64,000 bases of DNA from Phycisphaeraceae bacterium (lineage in GTDB: Bacteria > Planctomycetota > Phycisphaerae > Phycisphaerales > Phycisphaeraceae): the NCBI GenBank assembly GCA_046540025.1, contig JBKHFW010000010.1, forward strand, positions 2,845 through 66,844, given 5' to 3'. The stretch's first letter is position 1. The number at the start of each line of letters is the position of its first letter. The notes under the pieces are model-generated. The model worked only from the letters and a program-made list of their open reading frames with translations. It had not been told where the DNA came from and made no database searches. This document shows, piece after piece, positions 32,360 through 40,669 of this stretch. The position numbers and the translations under genes are program-made.

Positions 32360-34132
32360 GTGTGTGGAATCTGTGGAGAACTGCTGAGTGATGGCCATCA
32401 GGCCGCCACGGCCGAGGTGGCCGCGATGGCCGAGCGCATGTCCGACCGCGGCCCCGACGGCGGGGGGCTCTACTGGCACGGCAACGCGGCGCTGGGGCAT
32501 CGGCGCCTCAAGATCCTCGACCTTTCCGAGGCGGGGCACCAGCCGATGATCGACTCCCATCTCGGGCTCATGATCGTTTTCAACGGGCTGATCTACAACT
32601 ACCCGGACCTGCGCAAGCAGCTCGAGGGCAGGGGCTACCAGTTCTTCTCCCACTGCGACACCGAGGTCGTGCTCAAGGCGTACCACGCCTGGGGCGACAA
32701 GTGCGTCGAGCACTTCAACGGCATGTTCGCCTTCGTCATCTGCGAGCGCGACTCGGGCAAGGCCTTCTTCGCCCGCGACCGTCTGGGCATCAAGCCGCTC
32801 TACTACGCCGAGACGTCCCGCGGGCTGCGCTTCGCCAGCTCGCTGCCGGCCCTCATCGCGGGCGGGGGGATCGATCGGGCCATCGACCCGGTCGCGCTGC
32901 ACCACTACATGACGCTGCATGCGGTCGTCCCCGCGCCGCATACCATCCTCAAGGGCGTGCGCAAGCTCCCCCCGGCCTGCACGATGATGGTCGAGCCCGA
33001 CGGCCAGCGCAACCTGCGCCGCTACTGGGAGCCCGTGTTCAATCCCGACCCCGAGATGGCGAAATACAGCCTGGAGGACTGGAAACGCCGTCTGCTGCAC
33101 GAGCTGGGCGAGGCGATCAACCGCCGCATGCTCGCCGATGTGCCGGTGGGGGTGCTGCTCTCGGGCGGGCTGGACTCGAGCCTGGTCGTCGGCTTGCTCG
33201 CCGATGCGGGGCAGCAGGATCTCGAGACCTTCTCGGTCGGCTTCGGAAGCGTCGGCGGCGAGGAGGGCGACGAGTTCAGGTATTCCGACGTCATCGCCGA
33301 CCGCTTCGCGACGAGGCACCACAAGATCCGCGTCGACGCGAAGCGAACGCTGGACAACCTCGAGGACGCGATCCGGGCGATGAGCGAACCGATGGTCAGC
33401 CACGACTGCATCGGGTTCTACCTGCTCAGCGAGCAGGTCTCGCGGCGCGTCAAGGTGGTCCAGAGCGGGCAGGGGGCCGACGAGGTGTTCGGCGGATACC
33501 ACTGGTACCCGCCCTTGATGAAGAGCCGCGACGCGCTCGCCGACTACACCGCCGGCGTGTTCGACCGCAGCCACGACGAGTATCTCCACGCGGTCAATCC
33601 GCACTTCGCCGGCGAAAACTACACCCGGAAACTGATCGAGAAGCACTTCGCCCGGCCCGGCGCGGATGCGCCGATCGACAAGGCGCTGCGCTTCGACACG
33701 ACGATGCTGCTCATCGACGACCCGGTCAAGCGCGTGGACAACATGACGATGGCCTGGGGGCTCGAGGCGCGCGTGCCGTTTCTCGACCACGAGCTGGTCG
33801 AGTTCGCCGGGCGCATCCCCGCGAAATACAAGATGAAAAACGGCGGCAAGCACGTCCTCAAGGAGGCGGCGCGGGAGGTGATCCCCTCGGCCGTGATCGA
33901 TCGGCCCAAGGGCTACTTCCCCGTGCCGGCGCTCAAGTATCTGCGCGGCGAATACCTCGACCGCGTCCGCGACGTGCTCAGTCAGCCCGCCGCCCGCGAG
34001 CGGAAGATTTTCAACCCCGACTACCTCGACACGCTGCTCGAGGACCCCGAAGAGCACATCACCCCCCTGCGCGGCAGCAAGCTCTGGCAATGTGCGCTGC
34101 TGGAGTACTGGTTGCAGACGCACGGGATCTGA
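32360..34132 (+). CDS. asnO: N-acetylglutaminylglutamine amidotransferase (asparagine synthase B family)
   Basis: The start is GTG at 32360, with AAGGAAG upstream. This gives the N-terminal (M)CGICG nucleophile required by class II amidotransferases. SGGLDSS is present, and the product is 590 aa. The Ngg and M42 genes follow directly. Confidence 0.85.
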   Translation: MCGICGELLSDGHQAATAEVAAMAERMSDRGPDGGGLYWHGNAALGHRRLKILDLSEAGHQPMIDSHLGLMIVFNGLIYNYPDLRKQLEGRGYQFFSHCDTEVVLKAYHAWGDKCVEHFNGMFAFVICERDSGKAFFARDRLGIKPLYYAETSRGLRFASSLPALIAGGGIDRAIDPVALHHYMTLHAVVPAPHTILKGVRKLPPACTMMVEPDGQRNLRRYWEPVFNPDPEMAKYSLEDWKRRLLHELGEAINRRMLADVPVGVLLSGGLDSSLVVGLLADAGQQDLETFSVGFGSVGGEEGDEFRYSDVIADRFATRHHKIRVDAKRTLDNLEDAIRAMSEPMVSHDCIGFYLLSEQVSRRVKVVQSGQGADEVFGGYHWYPPLMKSRDALADYTAGVFDRSHDEYLHAVNPHFAGENYTRKLIEKHFARPGADAPIDKALRFDTTMLLIDDPVKRVDNMTMAWGLEARVPFLDHELVEFAGRIPAKYKMKNGGKHVLKEAAREVIPSAVIDRPKGYFPVPALKYLRGEYLDRVRDVLSQPAARERKIFNPDYLDTLLEDPEEHITPLRGSKLWQCALLEYWLQTHGI

Positions 34133-34165
34133 CCGCCCGCGAGACCTCCAGCGAGAGGCGCCACC

Positions 34166-35944
34166 ATGGCAAGGCGACACGGACACAACCACGGACACGA
34201 CACCGCCCATCGGCTCAGCCGAACCAGCGAGCCCTCGCTGCGCAACTGGCAGAAGCCCAAGGGGCCGGCCGCGCGGCAGATGCGCTCCGGCGCGACCGTC
34301 GACATGGGCTGGGGGAAACTGATCTTCGCCCACACCTTCGACCGCAACGACGAGCTCATCGATACGCTCGTCGGCGAGGAGAAAGGTCGGCGGGACATCG
34401 CGCTCTACCTGCGCGACCCGCACGTCGTGCTCAGCAAGGCGCCCCAGCGGCTGTTTCTCGACCCCTCGCACACCTACCGCCTGTGGACGCACCAGTACCG
34501 CCAGGTGGGGCGGGTGCCGCCGGGGTTCACCATCCGCCGCATTCGTACGCGCGAGGACGCCGAGCAGATCAACCGCATCTACGCGGCGAGGTACATGGTC
34601 ACCGCCGACCCGGACTTCATGCTCGACAAGAACGCCAGTCGGCTGCGCACCTACCTGATCGCCGTGGCCGACCGCGACAAGCGGGTCGTGGGCACGGTGA
34701 CGGGGGTGGACCACGTCGAGGCGTTCAACGATCCGGAGAAGGGCTCGAGCCTCTGGTGCCTGGCGGTGGACCCCCAGTCGCAGTTGCCCGGCGTGGGCGA
34801 GTGGCTGGTGCGCCACCTCGCGGAGCACTTTTTCGCCCGCGAGCGCAACTTCATGGACCTCTCGGTCATGCACGACAACGAGGAGGCGATCGCGCTCTAC
34901 GAGAAGCTCGGCTTTCGGCGGGTGCCGGTGTTCTGCATCAAGCACAAGAACCCGATCAACGAGCCGCTGTTCATCGCCCCCGCGCCGGAGAAGAACCTCA
35001 ACCCCTACGCGGCGATCATCGCCAAGGAGGCGCGCCGACGGGGGATCGACGTAGAGGTGATCGACGAGGAGGCGGGTTATTTCGTCCTCCGCATGGGCGG
35101 CCGGGAGATCACCTGCCGCGAATCCCTGACGGAGCTGACGACCGCGATCGCCATGAGCCGGTGCGACGACAAGCGCGTCACCCGAAGACTGCTCGAGGGG
35201 GCCGGGCTGAGCGTGCCCGCGCAGCAGATCGCCTCCGGGCATGACGAGAACCTCTCGTTTCTCGAGAAGCACCGGCGGCTCGTGGTCAAACCGGCCCGGG
35301 GCGAGCAGGGCAGCGGCATCAGCGTGGACGTGACCACGTCGGAGGACCTGCACGCGGCGATCGAGGAGGCGGGGCGGTTCTGCCCGCAGGTCGTGCTCGA
35401 GCAGTTCGTCGAGGGCGAGGACCTGCGCATCGTCGTCATCCACGGCGAAGCGGTCGCCGCCGCCATCCGCCGCCCGCCGATCATCGTCGGCACCGGCCGG
35501 CATGACATCACCTCGCTGATCGAGAAGTACAATCGCCGCCGCATGGCCGCGACCGGCGGCGAAAGCCGGGTTCCGCTGAGCGCCGAGACGGAGCGCGTGG
35601 TTCGCTGGGCCGGCTACGCGATGGACGCGATCCTGCCCGCGGGCGAGTCGCTTCAGGTGCGCAAAACCGCCAATCTCCACACGGGCGGCACGCTGACCGA
35701 CGTCACCGGACACCTGCATCCGGAACTCGCGCGGGCGGCGGTGCGGGCGGCCGAGGTGATCGACATCCCCGTCGTCGGCGTCGATCTGCTCGTGCCCGAT
35801 GTCACGAAATCACAACACGTTATCATCGAGTGCAATGAGCGGCCGGGCCTGGCCAACCACGAGCCCCAGCCGACCGCTCAGCGGTTTATCGATTTTCTGT
35901 TCCCCGCCACCGTGCCCGTCGGATCGTCCCATGCCGGGCCGTGA
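34166..35944 (+). CDS. ngg: N-acetylglutaminylglutamine synthetase (GNAT plus ATP-grasp)
   Basis: A GNAT core is present (LWCLAVDPQSQLPGVGEWLV...AIALYEKLGF). It is followed by an ATP-grasp domain (LVVKPARGEQGSGISV, EDLRIVVIHGE, IECNERPGLANH). Confidence 0.8.
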   Translation: MARRHGHNHGHDTAHRLSRTSEPSLRNWQKPKGPAARQMRSGATVDMGWGKLIFAHTFDRNDELIDTLVGEEKGRRDIALYLRDPHVVLSKAPQRLFLDPSHTYRLWTHQYRQVGRVPPGFTIRRIRTREDAEQINRIYAARYMVTADPDFMLDKNASRLRTYLIAVADRDKRVVGTVTGVDHVEAFNDPEKGSSLWCLAVDPQSQLPGVGEWLVRHLAEHFFARERNFMDLSVMHDNEEAIALYEKLGFRRVPVFCIKHKNPINEPLFIAPAPEKNLNPYAAIIAKEARRRGIDVEVIDEEAGYFVLRMGGREITCRESLTELTTAIAMSRCDDKRVTRRLLEGAGLSVPAQQIASGHDENLSFLEKHRRLVVKPARGEQGSGISVDVTTSEDLHAAIEEAGRFCPQVVLEQFVEGEDLRIVVIHGEAVAAAIRRPPIIVGTGRHDITSLIEKYNRRRMAATGGESRVPLSAETERVVRWAGYAMDAILPAGESLQVRKTANLHTGGTLTDVTGHLHPELARAAVRAAEVIDIPVVGVDLLVPDVTKSQHVIIECNERPGLANHEPQPTAQRFIDFLFPATVPVGSSHAGP

Positions 35945-35980
35945 CCACGGCAGCACGAATCGAACCCAGGTTGCACAGTC

Positions 35981-37225
35981 ATGACCAGTCAGTTTTCCAA
36001 GGCCCCGACCCAAACCCCGCCCGTCCGCAAGCTCCCGGCCGACCGCGACTACCTGCTCAACATCCTCATCAAGCTGCTCTCGATCCCCAGCCCGTCGGGC
36101 TACACCGACAGCATCGTTCGCTTCGTCGGCGAGGAACTCGAGCGGCTCGGCATCGACTACGAACTCACCCGCCGCGGCGCCATCCGCGCGTCGATGGTGG
36201 GCAAGCGCCACCGCCCCAACCGGGCGATCGTCGCCCACCTCGACACGATCGGCGCCATGGTGCGCGAGCTCAAGCCCAACGGCCGACTCGGCATCACCGC
36301 CATCGGCACCTGGGCGGCGCGCTTCGCCGAGGGCGCCCGCGTCACCGTCTTCACCGATGACGCCAAGTACCGCGGCACGATCCTGCCGCTCAAGGCGTCA
36401 GGCCACGTGTGGGGCCCCGAGATCGACCGCCAGCCCGCGGACTGGGACAACCTCGAGATCCGCGTGGACGAGTACGTCCCGAGTGACCACGAGCTGCGCG
36501 AGCTGGGCCTCCGCGTGGGCGACTACGTCAGCGTCGACCCCGCCCCCGAGGTGACCGACAGCGGCTTCATCGTCTCGCGCCACCTCGACAACAAGGCCGG
36601 CGTCGCCTGCGTGCTCGCCGCCGCCAAGAGCGTCATCGAGGCCGGCATCACCCCGCCGCTGGACTGCCACCTGCTGTTCACCATCTTCGAAGAGGTCGGC
36701 ACCGGCTCGTCGGGCGTGCTGCACCAGGATGTCGCCGAGATGCTCAGCGTCGACAACGCCACCCCCGCCTCGGGCCAGAACGCGACGGAGACCGAGGTGA
36801 CGATCGCCATGAAGGACGACTCGGGACCGTTCGACTACCACCTCAGCCGAAAGCTGGCGGGGCTGGCGCGCGATCATCACATCCGCCACCAGCGCGACGT
36901 GATGCGCTACTACCGCTGCGACTCGGCCAGCGCCGTCGAGGCGGGCAACGACATCCGCACCGGGCTCGTCTGCTTCGGCGCCGACGCCTCGCACGGCTAC
37001 GAACGGACGCACATCGGCTCGCTCGCCAGCCTGGCCCAACTGCTCGGGCTCTACCTCCAGAGCCCCGCAGCCGTCGAACGCGACCGCATGGAGCTCGGCC
37101 CGCTCAAGGGGTTTCCCGAGCAGCCCACGCAGGCGCCGCCCATCCCCGAAAAGTTCGAGCAGCCGCCGCACAAGACGCCCCCAGCCGGCAAACTCAGGCC
37201 CGAGGAGGAAGAATCCGAGGACTGA
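35981..37225 (+). CDS. M42-family peptidase of the NAGGN gene trio
   Basis: M42-like blocks are present (IVAHLDTIGAMV, SRHLDNKAG, FTIFEEVG). It is the third gene after asnO and ngg. Confidence 0.8.
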   Translation: MTSQFSKAPTQTPPVRKLPADRDYLLNILIKLLSIPSPSGYTDSIVRFVGEELERLGIDYELTRRGAIRASMVGKRHRPNRAIVAHLDTIGAMVRELKPNGRLGITAIGTWAARFAEGARVTVFTDDAKYRGTILPLKASGHVWGPEIDRQPADWDNLEIRVDEYVPSDHELRELGLRVGDYVSVDPAPEVTDSGFIVSRHLDNKAGVACVLAAAKSVIEAGITPPLDCHLLFTIFEEVGTGSSGVLHQDVAEMLSVDNATPASGQNATETEVTIAMKDDSGPFDYHLSRKLAGLARDHHIRHQRDVMRYYRCDSASAVEAGNDIRTGLVCFGADASHGYERTHIGSLASLAQLLGLYLQSPAAVERDRMELGPLKGFPEQPTQAPPIPEKFEQPPHKTPPAGKLRPEEEESED

Positions 37226-37248
37226 TCCATACGCCCGACACCGCTCCG

Positions 37249-37276
37249 CACACAGCACACTTCGCGATGCTGTGTG
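37249..37276. repeat. hairpin CACACAGCA-N10-TGCTGTGTG (copy 2 of 2), between convergent genes
   Basis: It has a 9-bp stem and no T-tract. It lies 24 nt after the M42 stop and 15 nt after the minus-strand small ORF. Confidence 0.4.
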
Positions 37277-37290
37277 GCACCCGCAGCCGA

Positions 37291-37598
37291 CTAAGCCGGC
37301 GGCCACGGGACCTCCATCTGGGTTATGGATGAACGTCGTCCCTCGCTCAGGCTGGGGTCGGCTTTCCGCTCTCTGTACTGCTCGAAGCCTGAGAGAACCG
37401 CGTCCAGGTCGCGTCCCTTCTCCGGCACCTCTAACTCCGCCATGCCCCGGTCAGAACTCTCGTAGTGGTAGACAGAAATCAGCGGCTTGGTCAGAAACCA
37501 CCATCCCGCCAAGCCGACCAAGCCGACAAGCCGACCACGACAACCACGACGAGCCACTTGATGACCCGTCGCCTGCCTTTCCTTTCAGTCGCTTCCAT
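37291..37598 (-). pseudogene. small N-terminally anchored membrane protein ORF coupled to the polA stop, split by a 1-nt frameshift
   Basis: ATG 37598 overlaps the polA TGA (TGATG). Frame A, MEATERKGRRRVIKWLVVVVVVGLSAW..., stops after 35 codons. Track ORF 37291..37557 continues in the next frame (LVGLVGLAGWWFLTKPL...). Confidence 0.4.
37510..37535. repeat. 26-nt tandem repeat, 3 units of CAAGCCGAC with one base missing
   Basis: The plus strand reads CAAGCCGAC CAAGCCGAC AAGCCGAC. On the minus strand this encodes a VGL VGL VGL tract. Confidence 0.85.
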
Positions 37599-40459
37599 CA
37601 CTTCGCCTCCAACCAATCCTTACCCTGGCCCACCTCCACCACCAGCGGCACCTTCAGCTCCATCGCTCCCTCCATCGTCTCCTTCACGACCTTTGCGACG
37701 CGCTCCGCCTCCCCCTCGGGCGTCTCCACGATCAGCTCGTCGTGAATCTGCAGCAGCATCCTGGCGTCCATCTTCTCGCCGAGCAGCCGCCGGTGCAGGT
37801 TGACCATCGCCAGCTTGATCAAATCCGCGGCCGAGCCCTGGACGACCGTGTTGATCGCCAGCCGCTCGCCCAGGGAGCGCGTGTTGCCGTTGCGCGAGTG
37901 GATCTGCGGGATCGCCCGCCGTCTGCCGAGGATGGTTTCGACGTGGCCGGTGTCGGTCGCCTGCTGGATGCACTGGCCGAGGAATCGGTCGATCCCGGTG
38001 AAGCGGGCGCGGTAGCTGCTGATGAGCTCCTTCGCCTCGGCGACGGCGAGGCCTTCGATCCGCCGGGCGAGGCCGTAGGCGGTCACGCCGTAGACGATGC
38101 CGAAGTTGATCGTCTTGGCGTGCCCGCGCTGCTCGCTGGAAACGTCCTCTGCCGCGATGCCGAACACTTCCGCCGCCACGGCCCGGTGGATGTCCTCACC
38201 GCGCTGGAACGCGTCGATCAGCGCGGCGTCGCCCGAGAGGTGCGCGAGCATCCGCAGCTCGATCTGCGAGTAGTCGGCGCTCACCAGCACCTGCCCTTCG
38301 TCCGCGACGAAGGCCCTCCTGATCTGCCTGCCGATCTCCGTGCGCACGGGAATGTTCTGCAGGTTCGGGCCGCTTGAGCTGAGCCGGCCCGTCGCCGTGC
38401 CGGTCTGGTGGAAGCTCGCGTGGATGCGGCCCGTCTCCAGCTCGATCGCTTCCTGGAGGGCCGAAAGATACGTCCCCACCAGCTTCGTGAGCTGGCGATA
38501 CTCCACCATCAGCCGGGGCACCCGGCACTGGGCCTCGCTCAGCTCGTCCATCTCGCACAGCCGCTCGAGCACCTCGATGTCGGTCGACGGCCCGGTCTTG
38601 GTGCGCTTCACCACCGGCAGCTTCAGCTTCTCGAACAGCACCTCGGCGAGCTGCTTCGGCGAGTCGACGTTGAACGGCTCGCCCGCCGCCTCGTACAGCT
38701 CGCTTCGCAGCTCCTCGATGCGCTTCGACAGCTCCTCCTGCTGCTCCACCAGCACGGCCGGCTCGACGCGGATGCCGGCAAACTCCATCTCCGCCAGCAC
38801 CTCCACCAGCGGCATCTCCACCTCGCCCGCCAGCCGCTCGAGCCCCATCGCCTTGAGCTTCGGCCGCATCATTTCCGCCAGCCGAAGCGCGATGTCCGCG
38901 TCCTCTGCCGCATACGGCGTCACCAGTTCCAGCGATACCCGGTCCAGCGTGAGCTGCTCGGTCTTCTTCCGCCGATCCCGCTCGCCGATCAGGGCGCTGA
39001 TCGGGATCGTCTCGTGCTGGAGCAGGTTCATCGCGAGCGCATCGAGCCCCTGCCCCGGCGCGCTGAGCAGGTACGCCCCGATCATCGAGTCGAACGCGAC
39101 GCCCTGCACGTTCACCCCGCAGTAGCGCAGAACCAGGATGTCGTACTTGAGGTTGTGCCCGCACTTGCCGATCCGCGGATTCTCCAGCACCGGGCGAAGC
39201 GCCTCGAGCACCGTGGCCTGGTCGAGGTGCGCCTCCCGCTCGGGCGAACGCACCGGCACATACACCCCGGCCTCGCTCCGCCAGGCGAAGCTCAGCCCGC
39301 ACAGTGGTTCGCGATGTCCCAGCCCGGCCGTCTCCGTGTCGAACGCCACCAGCTCCTGCTGCTCGAGCGTCCGGACCAGCTCGTCGAGTTCCTCCCGCGT
39401 CGTGATCGCGCGATAGTCGCACGCGCTCGCGCTGCTGAGGTCCACGTCCTGCACCGGCCCGGCAGCCCGACCGCCCTGGCCGGCGTCGAACAGGCTGGTG
39501 GGAAAGCCTTCCGCCTCGCCCGCCCCGGCCTGGAGCGTGGGCTGTGCCTGCTTCCCCTCGGCCTCGCCCAGCAACCGGGCGAGGTCGCGCTGGTGGCGGT
39601 TGAACCCGAGCTGCCGAAACAGCCGCCGCACCGCCTCGGCGTCGATTCCCCCCACCTCGGCGTCTCGGAGCTCGAAGCCGATCTCCACCGCCCGGTCCAG
39701 CGTCACCAGCTTCCGCGCGATGGGCAGAAACTCGGCGGCGGCCTCGATGTTCTCCCGCCGCTTGCCCTTGATCTCGTCCACGTGCGCGAGCAGGTTGTCC
39801 AGCGTCCCGTACTCCGCGAGCAGCTTCGCCGCCGTCTTGGGCCCGACGCCCTGCACACCCGGGATGTTGTCGCTGCTGTCGCCCGTGAGGGTGAGCAGGT
39901 CGATCACCTGGTCGGGGCGGATGCCTTTCTTTTCCTGGACATACTCGGCGTCGATGGTCGTGTCCGTGTGGATGTCGAACATCGTCACCCGGTCATCCAG
40001 CAACTGCTCGAGGTCCTTGTCCTTGCTCACGACGCGGATGTCGACGTCGTCGTACCGCGGGTCGCTCAGAATCCGCTCGACGATCGTGGCGATGATGTCG
40101 TCCGCCTCGGCTCCCTCCTTGCCCAGCACGGGAATGCCGAAGAGGCGGGTCATCTCCAGGATCCGCGGCACCTGGGCGGAGAAGTCCTCGGGCGGGGCGT
40201 CGCGCTGGGCCTTGTAGTCGGGGTAAATCTCGTCGCGGAAGGTGCCGCCCGGCGAATCGATCGCCATCGCCGCGTAGTGGGGGTGGAACTGCTCCATCAG
40301 CTTGAGCAGCATCCCCGCGAAGGCGAAGCTGGCGTTGGTCGGCTCGCCCGTGACGGGGCTGTTCATCCCCCCCCGGATGGCGTAATACGCCCGGAAAATC
40401 TGAGCGTGGCCGTCGATGAGGTAGAGGGTCTTGCGGTCGGCGTCGGTGTGCTTGGCCAT
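37598..40459 (-). CDS. polA: DNA polymerase I
   Basis: The product is 953 aa from ATG 40459 (MAKHTDADRKTLYLIDGHAQIFRAYY). It has 5'-nuclease, 3'-5' exonuclease-like and polymerase domains (motif A DYSQIELRMLAH; motif B RGHAKTINFGIVYG; motif C LQIHDEL). Confidence 0.95.
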   Translation of the reverse strand: MAKHTDADRKTLYLIDGHAQIFRAYYAIRGGMNSPVTGEPTNASFAFAGMLLKLMEQFHPHYAAMAIDSPGGTFRDEIYPDYKAQRDAPPEDFSAQVPRILEMTRLFGIPVLGKEGAEADDIIATIVERILSDPRYDDVDIRVVSKDKDLEQLLDDRVTMFDIHTDTTIDAEYVQEKKGIRPDQVIDLLTLTGDSSDNIPGVQGVGPKTAAKLLAEYGTLDNLLAHVDEIKGKRRENIEAAAEFLPIARKLVTLDRAVEIGFELRDAEVGGIDAEAVRRLFRQLGFNRHQRDLARLLGEAEGKQAQPTLQAGAGEAEGFPTSLFDAGQGGRAAGPVQDVDLSSASACDYRAITTREELDELVRTLEQQELVAFDTETAGLGHREPLCGLSFAWRSEAGVYVPVRSPEREAHLDQATVLEALRPVLENPRIGKCGHNLKYDILVLRYCGVNVQGVAFDSMIGAYLLSAPGQGLDALAMNLLQHETIPISALIGERDRRKKTEQLTLDRVSLELVTPYAAEDADIALRLAEMMRPKLKAMGLERLAGEVEMPLVEVLAEMEFAGIRVEPAVLVEQQEELSKRIEELRSELYEAAGEPFNVDSPKQLAEVLFEKLKLPVVKRTKTGPSTDIEVLERLCEMDELSEAQCRVPRLMVEYRQLTKLVGTYLSALQEAIELETGRIHASFHQTGTATGRLSSSGPNLQNIPVRTEIGRQIRRAFVADEGQVLVSADYSQIELRMLAHLSGDAALIDAFQRGEDIHRAVAAEVFGIAAEDVSSEQRGHAKTINFGIVYGVTAYGLARRIEGLAVAEAKELISSYRARFTGIDRFLGQCIQQATDTGHVETILGRRRAIPQIHSRNGNTRSLGERLAINTVVQGSAADLIKLAMVNLHRRLLGEKMDARMLLQIHDELIVETPEGEAERVAKVVKETMEGAMELKVPLVVEVGQGKDWLEAK

Positions 40460-40465
40460 AATCGG

Positions 40466-40471
40466 ATTATA
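40466..40471 (-). promoter_or_regulatory. TATAAT -10 hexamer 6 nt upstream of the polA ATG
   Basis: The minus strand reads TATAAT-CCGATT-ATG. No SD is present. Confidence 0.4.
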
Positions 40472-40669
40472 GGGAAGGCGGATGCGTCGCGAGCACGCCG
40501 CGGAGCGGGCCACCGAGCCAGCGAGATACCGAAATCCGCCTGCCTTGTGCCCTGGCGCCCCGGTGCCCCGGTGCCGCCATCCCTGGATCCCCCCGGCCAC
40601 TGGCCGCGAAGCGGCCCGCCCCTTATCATCTTGGTCTCTCCAGAGCCCCCGAAGTCAGCAGGAACCGCC

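Noticed and set aside
37300-37340. CCATCTG...GGATGAAC at 37314-37333 as a third copy of the CAGATGAAC-box element.
   Set aside because: Only short fragments match, and in a different arrangement. There are no GGAGTT repeats, no G7 and no terminator. The stretch lies inside the small ORF reading frame.
38408-40669. The 5' 2.2 kb of track ORF 38408..43825, which would make PurL 1805 aa.
   Set aside because: This part is antisense to polA and has no PurL-like sequence. PurS/PurL homology begins only after ATG 40670.
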